Both the position numbers and the translations under genes were made by a program. A stretch of 64,000 nucleotides of DNA, taken from Octopus bimaculoides (lineage: Eukaryota). Below are positions 13,497 to 26,782 of this stretch, piece after piece (position 1 is the first letter of the stretch; every line of letters begins with the position of its first letter). The stretch is taken from contig NC_068983.1 of the NCBI RefSeq assembly GCF_001194135.2, forward strand, positions 42,628,150 to 42,692,149, given 5' to 3'. Under the pieces are notes generated by a model, which made no database searches, was not told where the DNA came from, and was given only the letters and a program-made list of their open reading frames with translations.

Positions 13497-14762
13497 CATC
13501 TTCATTTAATGTCCATTTTCCATGAAGGCTGAAGGCATAGGTTGGTCGATTTGACAGGAGCTGGNNNNNNNNNNNNNNNNNNNNNNNNNNNNNNNNNNNN
13601 NNNNNNNNNNNNNNNNNNNNNNNNNNNNNNNNNNNNNNNNNNNNNNNNNNNNNNNNNNNNNNNNNNNNNNNNNNNNNNNNNNNNNNNNNNNNNNNNNNNN
13701 NNNNNNNNNNNNNNNNNNNNNNNNNNNNNNNNNNNNNNNNNNNNNNNNNNNNNNNNNNNNNNNNNNNNNNNNNNNNNNNNNNNNNNNNNNNNNNNNNNNN
13801 NTTAGTGGTTAAATTAGCCTCGTTAATGAATTATTTGGGAATAATAATATTCATAAAATAATAGGTTTGTATATAAACCATGGTTTATAATCATGTAAAT
13901 GAAAAATAAGAAAACAGAGATATAGTATTTAATAAAGATTTATTATTAGCAAAAATCAAACACAGTCCTTTACAGCTGTGTTTTCAGAGGCACACACACA
14001 CACACAAAGTGAGCTTCTTTCAGTTTCTGCCTACCAAATTCACTCACAAGGCTTTGGTCAGCCCAAGAAGACACTTGCCCAAGGTGCCACACAATTGAAC
14101 TGAACCTGAGACCACAAGTTTGAAAAGCAAGCCTCTAACCAGATAGCCATACATGCACCTACAACTACACCATATAGCATCAACATTCAATATCCACTTT
14201 GCCTTGCTTTCATGAATCAATTATTGATTGAAGCAGATTTTTCTACCACCAAATACCCTTCCTCTTGCCAACTCTCTCACCTGTTTCCAAGCAAAGTAAT
14301 ATTGGTCAGACAAGTTCTTGGCAGCTTTAGAACAAGTACACAATATCAAGACAAGACAACACAAGCATACACACAGGCTTCTTTTAGTTTCCACTCTCCA
14401 AATCCACACAAAGTTTTGATCAGCCCAGGGCTATAACAACCATCCCCACCCAAGATGCTATTCAGTGGGATTGAACCCAGCACAAGGTGGTTAAAAAGCA
14501 AACCTCCTCAACCACTCAGCTACATCTGTGCTTATTAATAATGTGGCTGTGTGGTAAGAAGCTTGCTTCCCAACCACAGTTCCAAGTTCAGTCCCACTGT
14601 GTGGCACCTTGAGCAAGTGTATTCTCCTACAGCCTTGCGCTGACCAAAATCCTGGTGAGNNNNNNNNNNGGCACCTTGAGCAAGTGTATTCTCCTACAGC
14701 CTTGCGCTGACCAAAATCCTGGTGAGTGGATTTGGTAGACGGAAACAAAAAGAAGCCTCCTA

Positions 14763-14812
<50 letters not shown>

Positions 14813-16369
14813 CGCACATGTTTGTCCCACACCACCACTTGACAAACATTGTTGTTAACAGTGTATTTACATCTCTGTAACTTAGCAGGTCATCAAAAGA
14901 GACCAACAGAATAAGTACAAGGCTTCAAAGAGGAAAGTAATAGGGTCAATTGATTTGGCGAAAAATTCTTAAAGCCACTGCTCCAGCATGGCTGCATTCT
15001 AATGCCTGACACAAGTAAAAGACATTGCACTGACTTTAACAACAGAATGTTAGAGAGCAAAAAATCTTGCCTAAGGCTGAGAAAATTTCATTTCTCAGTG
15101 AACTTCCAGCTGGCTGGAAGTTATTAATTTAGACATATTAAAACATTATTAAAATAATATGTTGAATGTGTTTTTTTTTTTCTTTTCCATAATTTTTTTA
15201 TTGAATTTAATGAACAATTAGGATAACAAAAAAAAAAACCTGCAAATAACAACAAAAACTTGACATTATCCAAGATAAATATAATTTCTCTAGAGAATAT
15301 TTAAACAAAATGCAATAAATTTTTTTTTAAATTTCTGATGTAATGTTTTTTGACAATCTCAAATGTTGCTGCGAGAAAACTGCATAATAATATATGAAGG
15401 TGTTAATGGAAGAAAATACGAGAAAGAATTATAAATATAAAAATTAGACTAAATTACACTTGTAACCCTGCAGGACTCTGATGTGCCAAGAGAAAATGCA
15501 AGAATCTGCTTCAGGGCAAATTGCTTTGTGAAATGCTGTTACAACCTCAACAGCAATGCAGTTGTATTATAAATATATAATGCAACACCTCTTTATACTA
15601 TAATAATAATGAGTTCGAATTTTGGCAGAGGGGCAGCAGTTTTTGAGGGGGGGGAGTTGATTTCATCGACCTCAGTACGCAACAGGTATTTATTTTTATA
15701 AACCTTGAAAAGATGAAAAGCAAGGTCAACCTAGGCAGAATTTGAACTTAGAACGTAAAAATGGATGAAATACCACTCAGCATTTTGTGCAGCATGCTAA
15801 TGATTCTACCAGCTTGCTACCTTAATAAATAATAGCAGATACAAATGATAGAGGGTTGATTTCTAGGCGGAGGTAAAGAGCAAGGACCACATCCCCTTTC
15901 AGTTATTTTATTGGTTTTTGTCAACAGAAACCTATCTTTTTAAGTATCAGGCCTAAAAAAAATGTCCTTCAAGGCAGTGCCCCAAGATGGCCACAGTCAA
16001 GTGACTGAAACAAATAAAAGACAAAAGATATGTGTGGGAGGGTGTGTGTGCGCGCACATGTGTTAGAGACAGAGAGGGGAGTGACTTCCATATTATAATC
16101 AAACAGACACACGCATGCACAAAAACAATGGACTCAGTTTCCTCATACCAAATTTCACTCTCAAGGAATTGGTTGAACATCAAAGGCTATAACCGCAAAA
16201 GATACTTGCCCAAGATGCCAACCACGTTGTGAGATTGAACCTGGGACCATTCAGGTGCTAAATCAGATACTAATTAACCTATGAAGCTGTAAAAGTACCT
16301 TTGCTTTTGTTTCAGTTTTAGGTTATCTCTAGGCCAGATGCTAATCAACCATTCAAAAGCCATATGTCA

Positions 16370-17691
16370 CTAGACTACACAATATGGTGACACCAAATAT
16401 TCTTTTCACTGTCTGGAAGTTTCTGGAACAGACTAAGCTTCTCTGAAATGCACTTTTATCATTTACTGTGGCCTCGTGGTTAGAGTGTTGAACTGACAAT
16501 CAGAGGGATATAGGTTCAGTTCCTGGGACAAGTGTTGCATTGTATTGTATTGTTGAGCAAGGCATTCACCTCACCTAACTACAGTCTATTCTGCTGAAAA
16601 TCATGACAAGCCTAGCCCTGTTCCCTAAAATCAGACTGGTGTTGCCAGATATTCTATATTATTGTATACCTTTAATTTTGGTGGTGCACTTGGAGGTGTT
16701 AGCACTCTACAGCCAACACAGCTGAGAGAGAATGATGCAATTGTGAAGGTGGAACACCTGCTAAAGTCAGTATTGTTTGGAACTGCAGGAGTTCTTCGTG
16801 GGATTCTTGAAGCATGACCAGTAGGCGAGTGTTAGGTGAGCTGTGAGTTTTCATCATATAATAATAATTATTATGCATGCTTGAGAAGAAGACCCATCAA
16901 GCTGCACAAAATCATAGTCGTTGCAGATACCAGTGTCACACAAATTGGCATGTAAACGCACCCCAGTATCACACAAATGGTACCCATGTCGGTGGCACAT
17001 CAAAGCATCCATTACACTCTCGGAGTGGTTGGCATTAGGTAGGGCATCCAGCCATAGAAAACCATGCCAGATCAGACTGGAGCCTGGTGCAGCCTTCCAG
17101 CTTACCAGCCCTGGTCAAACCGTCCAATCTATGCCAGCATGAACAACGGACGTTAAATGATGATGATGAGGAATCTTATACTTGTAGGTAAACACACCTG
17201 TAAATCTCATTTCTAATCAAATCATCATCATTTGGTTTCCACTTTCCATGTTGGCACGAGATGCATGGTTTCACAGCAACTGCTAAGGCCAGGCAGGTGC
17301 TGCACAAGGCTCCAGTCATCTAGACTACACAATATGGTGACACCTAATATTCTTTTCACTGTCTGGAAGTTTCTGGAACAGACTAAGCTTCTCTGAAATG
17401 CACTTTTATCATTTACTGTGGCCTCGTGGTTAGAGTGTTGAACTGACAATTAGAGGGATACAGGTTCAGTTCCTGGGACAAGTGTTGCATTGTATTGTAG
17501 AGCAAGGCATTCACCTCACCTAACTACAGTCTATTCTGCTGAAAATCATGACAAGCCTAGCCCTGTTCCCTAAAATTGGACTGGTGTTGCCAGATATTCT
17601 ATATTATCGTCTACCTTTAATTTTAGTGGTGCACTTGGAGGTGTCAGCATTCAACTGCCAACACGGCTGAGAGAGATTGATGCAATTGTGA
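16370..17691 (+). repeat. Local direct duplication of about 375 bp (16370-16746 and 17320-17691)
   Basis: ctagactacacaatatggtgacacc...tgatgcaattgtga occurs twice with few differences. Confidence 0.95.
16620..16840 (+). mobile_element. 3' fragment of an R4/Dong-type (RLE) non-LTR retrotransposon
   Basis: 16683-16817 is open: GALGGVSTLQPTQLRENDAIVKVEHLLKSVLFGTAGVLRGILEA*, resembling the GALG...LQKxxLLGTAxILR C-terminus of R4/Dong elements. Confidence 0.65.
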
Positions 17692-20600
17692 CACCATCTA
17701 ACAACCACCTTCCATGCTGGTATGGGGTGGATGACTTAACAGGATCCAACAAGCCAGAGAACTACATTGAGCTGTTGTCTGCTTTGGCACTTTCAACAGC
17801 CAAATGCCCTTCCTAACACCAACCACTTTACAGAGAGTATAGGTGTTTTTTCATGGCACCAGCATTAGTGAGGTTGCTAAGTAATTTGCAAGACAAAGAA
17901 GAAACCTCATCAACTGAGAGGGGTTGTAGTGTATGCATGTATTATTGTCTCTTAGTCACAAGCAAACATCATTGTCACACATGCAGTGTCTGTTTCCAGT
18001 CTTCCATAAACACATCTGGTTATGGAGATCTATTAACTGGCATGGAAACAGATAAGGATTGGTGGCAGTAAAGGAATATGACGATAGTAAATCTGCCTCA
18101 ACAAATTCTGTCCAGCCCATCTGAGTACAGAAAAATCAATATTAAACGACGACGATGATGAGAGAATGTAATTTCAAACACCATATGTTGCCCATCGCAA
18201 CTAAACTATCTCCTTGTTTCAATTAATTCCATCTCACATCTATTTAAACTATGATCAAAGAATGGTGAGAGGATAGGCAAGTTGCTTGAAAGAAAATTTG
18301 ATGCGATGAAGCGTTCTTTGGTAATGGTTCATTGTAAGGCAGACTAGTTGCTATCCAACCAAAAAGAGAGATTTGTAAACAAGAACAAAACTAGTAAATT
18401 ACAATTTCTTCCAATGTATCAAATTAAGGAATGCTCTATCATGTTTTGCTTTATTCCCAGGAGATAACATAAAATGAATATTTAATTTTGATTTTCTTAT
18501 CTTTGCTGTTTTTTTAATTCAAAATAGTAATTAATGTTTTCAAAACCCAAGATGCGGGCATAGCTGGGTGGTGAAGAAGTTTGCTTCCAAACCACAGAGT
18601 TTCTAGTTCAGTCTCACCACAGGCAAGTGTCTTCTACTCCAACCTTGTGAGTGGATTTGGCACATGGAAACTGAAAGAAGCCTGCCATGTAAAATGTACC
18701 CGGTGCCACGTAAAAAGTACCCAATAAATGCTGTAAAGTTATTGGTGTTAAGAAAGACATCTTGGCATAGACACCATGTCAAAACAAACAATTGGAACCT
18801 GGTGCAGCTCCCCAGCTCTTGTTGAACCATACAACCCATGCCAGCATAGAAAGCAGATGTTTAATGATGATGATATGTGTGTGTGCATGTGTGTTTGAGT
18901 CCCTTGTCTTGAGATTGCATGATTGTTGTAAATAAGCATCACTATCATATAAACAGTGCTGCTCATTTTCAGCCTTCCATGCAAACATGTCCAGCTAAGA
19001 GGAGATAATGTCTCGCTTGGGTACAGTTGATCGTTGGTGACAGGAAGAGCACCCAGCTACAGTAAAAATCTTCCTCATGCAAGCAAAAAAAATGCAGGCA
19101 GATGTTAAAAAATGGTGATAATGATGAATTGAGTTCAAAATATATGAAGGTCGACTTTGCCTTTCATCCTTTTGGGGTCAATTAAATAAGCACAAGTTGA
19201 ACACTGGGGTCAATGTAATCGACTCATCTCCTCCCCCAAAATGGCTGCCCTTGTGGCAAAATTTTAAACCGTTATCGCTTTTATTAGTATTGTCAATAAA
19301 TTAAGTACCAATGAAACACTGGGGTCGATGTAATCAATTCATCCCCTCTCCCTAAATTTCAGGCCTTGTGCCTTTACTAGAAAGGATTATTATTATTATT
19401 ATTATCATCATTATTATTATTATTAAAGTATTGATTAGTTTACACCGAATCACCTTGAGACAGTAAAATCAAAAACAAAACAATACAAACAACAAAATTT
19501 CACTAAACCGAAAAGTATTTCTCGCATGAATGATTCCATTATGTCTGAGACTGCCAGAAAATGTTGGAAATCACCGTTGCATGTTCAGGAAACAACTTGT
19601 CATGGTTTACCATCTTCCAGCTGCTTGGATTAATGCTAACGGAATCTTCAATATTCAGAAAGTACAGTTTATGACATAACTGCCAATCTCGTTTTGGCAT
19701 TATGGCAATCAGATTCATTCTAATGGATATCAGTTTGTCTTTGCCATACAGTGGATACAGGTGTGGCAAGAAGCTTGCTTCCCCATACACATGGTCTCTG
19801 GTTCAGTCCTACTGTGTAGTACCTCGGACAAATGTTTACTTATAGCCCCAGGCCAACCAAAGCCCTGAGTGGGGTGGGATTTGGTAGACAGAAACTGAAA
19901 ACATTCCATGTGTGCATGTGTGTGTGTACCCTTGTCCTACCATTATGTGATGGTTGTAAATGATTGTCACCATCAAGCAAAAGTTTTCCATGGATAAACA
20001 TGTCTGGCCATGAGGAAAGCATCACCTTAGCATGTAAACAGGCGAGGGTTGACAACAGGAAGGGCATCCATCTGTAGAAAAGCTACCTCAACGAATGCTG
20101 TCCAACGCATATAAAAGTGGACATCAAAATGATGATGATGTTGATGGCAAAATTATTAACACACTGTCAATACAACATGATATATCATCATCATTTAACA
20201 TCCATCTTCCATGCTGCCATGGGTTGGATGGTTCAACAGGAACTGATAAACTGGGGAACTGGCCAGGCTCTGGTTGTCTGTTCTGGTATGCTGCTATGAG
20301 CTTCCCAATGCCAATCACTTTACAGTGTACACCAGGTGCCTTTTGTGTGGCACCAGCATCAGTGCTTTCAATGTGGCGTCAGCACAAGTGTATGGCACCA
20401 GCACAGGTGTTTTCTAGCATAGCACCAGCACAGGCTTTTTTTTTAAGAGTAAAATATTTACTTCACAATCATGAGTTGTCAGGTTCAACCCTAGTTTAGC
20501 ATCGCAGGTAAATTTCACCAGGAGCCTGGTGTAGCCATCTGGTTTCACCAGTCCTCAGTCAAATCGTCCAACCCATGCTAGCATGGAAAGCGGACGTTAA

Positions 20601-21697
20601 ACGACGACGACGACGACTACGACCTTGGGGGGCTTAAGCTTTCAGAGATGATACTGGATAGATGGAAAGTGTGTGTAAGTCCCCAGAATGGACTGTACCT
20701 GTAATTCAAAAGGTACATCTTTGTTTCACACTGTGTCATGCTAATTTTTACCTGAGAGACATTAACAGACCACATGTCTGTGGAATACTCAGTCACATCA
20801 TCATCATCATTTAACGTCCATTGTCCATGCTGGCATGAGTTGGATAGCTGGATGCCCTTCCTAACGCCGACTACTCTGAGTGTAATGGGTGCTTTTATGT
20901 GCCACCTGCATGGGTGCCATTTGCGTGACACTGGGGTGCTTTTACGTGCCACCAGCACAGGTACCAATTTGCATGAAACCGGTATTTGCCACAACTGTGA
21001 TTTTGCTCAGCATGATGGCTCTTCTCAAGTACAACATAATGCTGAAGATCTCAGTCATTGCCTCCATGGGGCCCAACACTAGAAAGTAACTCAGCCACTT
21101 TGCCACCATGAGGCCCAATGCTCAAAAGGCATTCACATATTTGTTAATTCAGAAGCAGATAATTCAGTAAGTCAAACAACCAAATAATCATTTTTGAACA
21201 ACTGGGATCTATTCAAGCTTAGTTACACACCAAAAGAATGTTTTAAAACGGAGTTAATTAGTTTACTTCCCAACCGCATGGTTCTGGATTCAGTCCCACT
21301 CCATGGTGCCTTGGGCAAGTATCTTCTTTGAAAGATTCAGGTCAACCAAAGTCACGTTAGTGGATTTGGTAAATGGAAACTGAAAGAAGCCCATTATCTG
21401 CATGTATGTGTGTGTGCCTGTGTATATCCTTCACCATCGCGTGACAACCAGTGTTGATACGTTTATGTCCTGCAACTAAGCAGTTCATCAAAAGAAACCT
21501 ATGAAATAAGTACCAGATTGAAAACACAAAAAGAACTGGGATCGATTCATTTGACTAAAAGGTGATATGTTCTGCAAAGTCATATGCGATGCCCCAGTAT
21601 GGCCACAAACTTATGACTGAAACAAGATAAGAAAATAAAAGATAATAGATGTAGGTAATATAGTCTGGGAAGGATAGCAGAGGTCATGGTAGAGTGT

Positions 21698-21960
21698 ATG
21701 ACCTTTATAGAACATATGACCTTTGCATAGCAAATGACCTTTGCAGAGCACATGACCTTTGCAGAGCACATGACCTTTGCAGAGCACATGACCTTTGCAG
21801 AGCACATGACCTTTGCAGAGCACATGACCTTTGCAGAGCACATGACCTTTGCAGAGCACATGACCTTTGCAGAGCATATGACCTTTGCAGAGCATATGAC
21901 CTTTGCAGAGCATATGACCTTTGCAGAACATATCACCTTTGTAGGGAATTTGACCTTGTA
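21698..21960. repeat. 18-bp minisatellite, 13 copies plus 2 degenerate (atgacctttgcagagcac)
   Basis: Directly visible; explains the MTFAEH and CSAKVM repeat ORFs. Confidence 0.97.
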
Positions 21961-22415
21961 GCAGACAGTAGACTTGTGTGCCTGACGTTCAGTTTGGACA
22001 TCCTTAGGGTCACATCAGGGGAAAATGTGAGGGGTGATACACAGTAAGAGTGATAGGAGAAGGGGGATGAATGTAGACAGTGTACACCAACCAGCTTCAG
22101 AAGGGTGGGGGTGGGGGTGACAGAAGCTGTTGTAGCAACAAGAGTAGCAAGGACAAGAAACAGCATGTCTGTAGCTGTGAGCCTGTAGCTAAAGAGTGTT
22201 GGTCGATGACTGGCTAATTTCCAAGTAGTTGAATAACATGACTAAATCAGAAGCTGAAATGAAAAGGTGTAAAACCAGACAATGATATGGAAGCGATACA
22301 GAATGAAAATGGCATGTAAAGATTTCTGGGAATGGTAAACTAGCTTATTAGGTTAGGAGAAAGAACAGAGTTGTGAATGAGAACATTTGTAGGAGAGAAA
22401 CGAGCAATAACTTAC

Positions 22416-22500
22416 TTGAGCTGTAACTGTCAGTTGAAGACTGGGAAACAGAACGACTACGTATCCGAGGACGCTGCGGGGTCAGGTTGTATTTGATTTC
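22416..22500 (-). CDS. AHCYL1: Internal coding exon of AHCYL1/2 (IRBIT-like) gene, serine-rich IRBIT domain: EIKYNLTPQRPRIRSRSVSQSSTDSYSS(+1 nt)
   Basis: Acceptor ttgttttatatttgcag|GAA and donor TCAA|gtaagt; 85 nt, phase 0 to phase 1. SQSSTDSYSS is identical to the vertebrate AHCYL1/AHCYL2 motif as I recall it (RSISQSSTDSYSSAASY), where the corresponding exon also ends in phase 1. AHCYL1 versus AHCYL2 cannot be distinguished. Confidence 0.92.
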
Positions 22501-23147
22501 CTGCAAATATAAAACAAGGAAAGCTAATTCATGGGGTGCACAATAAACTGTAGGAATGCTACCTTCACCCACCAAAATGATAATAATAATAATAATTCAA
22601 TTGGTGCAAACAGAACAGCAGAATTCTAAACAATAGTGTATGTATTCATTCCTTGTTGATTCTTATAAACAGGAGCTTGTGCTCTTGTCAGATTCATAAT
22701 CCCATATGGTAACTTTGACTGAGAAGACACAATGAAGTTGAAACTGTGGTGTTTCAAAGTCTTCTTAAACTTGTCAACCAGCAAATCACATGTTTTATGG
22801 ATAAACATCAACTAAAGGGAGACAGTGTTTCCCAGTGGTGAAAAACAACAAATGGTCAGACATCTGAATTTTTCTTTACCAATATGCTGAAAAAACATGC
22901 TAAATCGGCAAACCACAAAATATTTTCATTTATATTATTACAAGTGGAAATATTTTATGTGGTTAGATGATTTAGCATCTATTTTTCGGCATATTAGCAA
23001 AGGAAAATTCTTCCTTTTGCCCTTATTCATAATTGTATTTATAATTTTCACCTTAACAGGTATTTTTTCATGTACTGGCTACAGATGAAATTTTTAAATA
23101 AAATTTTATCCCTATATTAGGAGTGTGTGTGTTTGTGTGTGAATATA

Positions 23148-23458
23148 GTGGAGGCACAATGGTTAGGGCAGCTGACTCACAATCATAGAATCCCAGACCA
23201 GAGATTGTGTTTATTGAGCAAAAACACCTAAAGCCCCACAAGGCTCTGGGAGGGGGGGGGGCGAACCCTACCGTACCCTTTCACCCAAAATTTCCTCTCA
23301 CACTCTCTTCATGTTTCTGTTGTACCTGTATTTCAAAGGGCCAGCCTTGTCACACTGTGTCACGCTGAATTTCTGAGACCTACATTAAGGGTACACATGG
23401 CTGTGGAGTGCTCAGCCATTTGCACTTTAATTTCACGAGCAGGCTGTGATGGAGTGCC
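23148..23458 (+). mobile_element. Family D SINE copy
   Basis: gtggaggcacaatggttagggcag head and tgtacctgtatttcaaagggccagccttgtcacac body. Confidence 0.8.
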
Positions 23459-23495
23459 GAAGATATAATATATATGTGTGTGTGTGTGTGTGTGT

Positions 23496-23534
<39 letters not shown>

Positions 23535-23544
23535 NNNNNNNNNN

Positions 23545-23576
<32 letters not shown>

Positions 23577-26500
23577 TATATAGTCACATATCATATTGGA
23601 AATCTCTCGGCTTCCAATTCCTACATCAGGAATAATCACCATGACTAATATTACCTTGCTTGTAAACAAGTAAGGATTAAAAACAAAAAGAGCATCCAGC
23701 CACAGAAAATCTGCTTCAATAAATTTCATGGTTAAAAGTGATCTGATTATATCTTTCTCCCCAAAATACTTTGTTAATTTATGTTCCAAACACCAACTTA
23801 ATAATGACAAAGTTATTTCAGTAAATTCTTAATTATTTTCAATATTAACTGAAAGAAAAAGCATTGTATTTCAATACAAACATGGCAATGACAAAGTAGT
23901 TAAATAGACAACAAAATGACTCCTTACAGAAGCTTAACCTATTGCCAGGTGAGGTGTAAAGTCAACTCAAATATTGTCTGTTAAAGGTGTATAGATGTTA
24001 TCAAGTGTAGATGAAAAATAAAGGTCAATTCTCAGGATTTGAACTCAAAAGGTAAATGGGAAAAACAAAGTAGTAAGTACTATATCTGCACTGCTGCAAT
24101 CTTTAATAATCTCTTCAATGAAAAATGCTTTATACAACACAGCCCCAAATGTATAGAAGATTGAACAAGAATCTAACTTGATAACACGATTCATTTACTC
24201 ACAATCTTTAACAAATTTGAACTCAATATAAGCATAAAAGAAACTTAAATAATTTCACAAGACTATGTACATCATGGGCTTTCCAAGTAGTGTATACACA
24301 CCCATGGGGTGGCAGTGACTAAAACCATTGGAGTATACAGGGTTGAATTTAATAGTCTGTACCTAGAAATAACTGGGGGACAAAAATTGCAGTTTTCTGC
24401 AGGCTAGTTAGCTAATATCATACGTCTTAGCAGAAAGACTGATATATTGTTTCCATATGTCTCATTTAAGCTATACAAATCATTTAAATAAATGGTCTGC
24501 ACTGAAAACATTTAGATCATTTTGTAAAACGGTAAATATTCCAAGCTTTCTGCAACTGTTAAACTTATTCCATTAGTTTATTTTACAAGTGTGTGTATAT
24601 AAGGGAACTAGCTTTAAGCATGAGATTTATTTATTAAGCAAATACATCAAACTGGCAGAATTGTTACTGTGTTGGGCAGATTGTTTGTAAGATTCCTTTC
24701 AGCTCTTTACATTCTGAGATAAAATGCTGCCAATGTCGACTCACATTTATCCTTTCAGGATTCATAAAATAAGTATTTGTTGGCACTGGGGTCAACATGA
24801 TCATCAAGTCTTATCTCCCAGAATTTCAAGTGCTGTACCTATAGGCGTAAGCATCATCAAATACACAAAGCTGCAACCATCTTCTCATTGTCCACCAAAG
24901 ACCATCCTTCCCATTATAAAATAAAATGTTTTCTTTTGATATCAAGTATTAAAGTTGTGTTTGCATTTACAGCTGATTGTTTTCTCACGAAAATTCTATT
25001 AATTAATGCTTTTTGTTGTTTTTAAATCCAATATTTAATGTGGAAACTACTAAAGTGTTACAAGAGGTGAATTAAGTAAAAAGACTAAGATGCATTAGTA
25101 TGCACAGAGAAGAAATTTCGCAATGGTATAAAATAAATGTGCAAGGAATTTAGCCACAGTATAAGTTAAGGCTTAACCACAAATATAAGTTATAAGTTAA
25201 GTTAATACATAAATCATATATAAAAAACAAAAAAACAAAACCAAATTGTTGTATAAAAGTGTTTAGCGACAATATGGATATTTCTAGCCCAGAATGAGAT
25301 CAAACTGGAAACAAAACGATGAGAATGAAGGGGGATAACTATCGCCGATTTTTTCTTTTTGTTTCCCTTTATAAGTGAAGAATTGTAACACCTCCCGGAA
25401 TTTTATTTTATAACAATTCTAACGTGTTTCTACAAGAATAGATAGGTGACCACTTTAAAACAAGAGGCGCTAAATCAAAGAAATAGATGCAGGTCCAACA
25501 ATAAACGAATGACATTAATAGCTTCCACGAAACAAGAAAGAAGAGGAATAACTCTTGCAAGATTTGTGCATACAGGGAAAGAACTCGACCAAAATTTTGG
25601 ATTTGTTCAAGCTTTGAGTAGCATGCTCGCAGAATCCTTTGGAGAGTCAGGAAGAAATGCCGTGCAATATTTCCTTTAGCTCATCGCATTCTTCATTCAA
25701 ATCTCACTGAAGTCAAAGTGGCAATTCGCCCCACCCCCCCCAAAAAATGTTAGTCCTGTGCCTAAATTACCAAAAGAATCATTATAAGCCAATACAAGAT
25801 TTTGGGCAAGATTTTACGACCACGTTGAAACAATAAAAACGCTATGGAAAGATGTATTTTCCTAAACTGATCTCACAGGCGCAGGCATAGCTGTGTAATA
25901 AATGTGTGGTTAAGAAGTTCGCTGTGAAATCGTGTTCAGTTCACCAAGAGCCAATTGTTGTACGTATTCACTTTGCATAAGGAAACTTTTGGAATCTTGT
26001 GAGAGTATGTGTCTGTATACATGTAAGTGCATGTATATATGCAGGCATAGGTACGCGCGCGCACACAAACGTGGATTTAAGAAGGCCAAATGAGAGCCGA
26101 GTGCACAATAGGCGTCGGTGTGGCTCTATGGGAAGAAGTTTGCTTCCTAACCAGTTTAGGCTGGTATCTTCTACAATAGGCTCAGGCCAACTAAAGCCTA
26201 GTGAGTGGAGTTGGTGGGCAGAAACTGAAAGAGGCCCACCGTGTATGTGTGTAGAGGGTCTATGTTTATTCTCGCACCCACCGCTTCAATCGATGATATT
26301 GTATTTATGCCCCTGTTAATTAGTGGTTCAGCAATGGCCCTGACAGAATAATTACCAGCCTAAAAAAGTGAATACTGGCGTCGATTCGTTTGACTAAAAT
26401 CTTTCAAGGCGGTGCCCCATCATGGCCGCAGTCTAATGATAGAATAAAGAAAAATAATAACAGAACAAAGTCGTAGAAGATATAGTTTTAATTGACTACC

Positions 26501-26699
26501 TTTGTTTCACTAAAAGCTATATTTATATCTTCATTTATTTGAGTCTATGGAATGTGGTCATAATGGAGCATTATCTTAGATTTTAATCAAACAAATCGAG
26601 AGTAGTCTGGTACTATGTTAACAGATCTTTTTTGCCAAACCACTAAGTTACGGAGACGTAAACAAGCCAACAGTGGTTCTCAAGCAACAGGTGACGGAA

Positions 26700-26730
<31 letters not shown>

Positions 26731-26782
26731 ACGAGCTTCCAAAATTCACTCAAGGCACTGGAAGATCTGGGGCTAAAAAAAG

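Noticed and set aside
14605-14725. 55-bp exact direct repeat around a 10-N gap
   Set aside because: Typical unmerged contig overlap, an assembly artefact.
21580-22047. Four overlapping repeat-peptide ORFs (CSAKVM, MTFAEH, etc.)
   Set aside because: A stop-free 18-bp unit opens several frames automatically; no splice or homology support.
21933-22166. ORF with signal-peptide-like start MLFLVLATLVATTAS
   Set aside because: No homology, splice sites or polyadenylation evidence.
22348-22415. Read-through of the IRBIT exon giving a hydrophobic tail (KLLLVSLLQMFSFTTLFFLLT)
   Set aside because: T-rich intron starts routinely translate to L/F; a perfect gtaagt donor is present.
25446-25679. Plus-strand 77-aa ORF in the CpG-retaining zone
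   Set aside because: Starts at GTG, no homology recognised, and the opposite strand is equally open.
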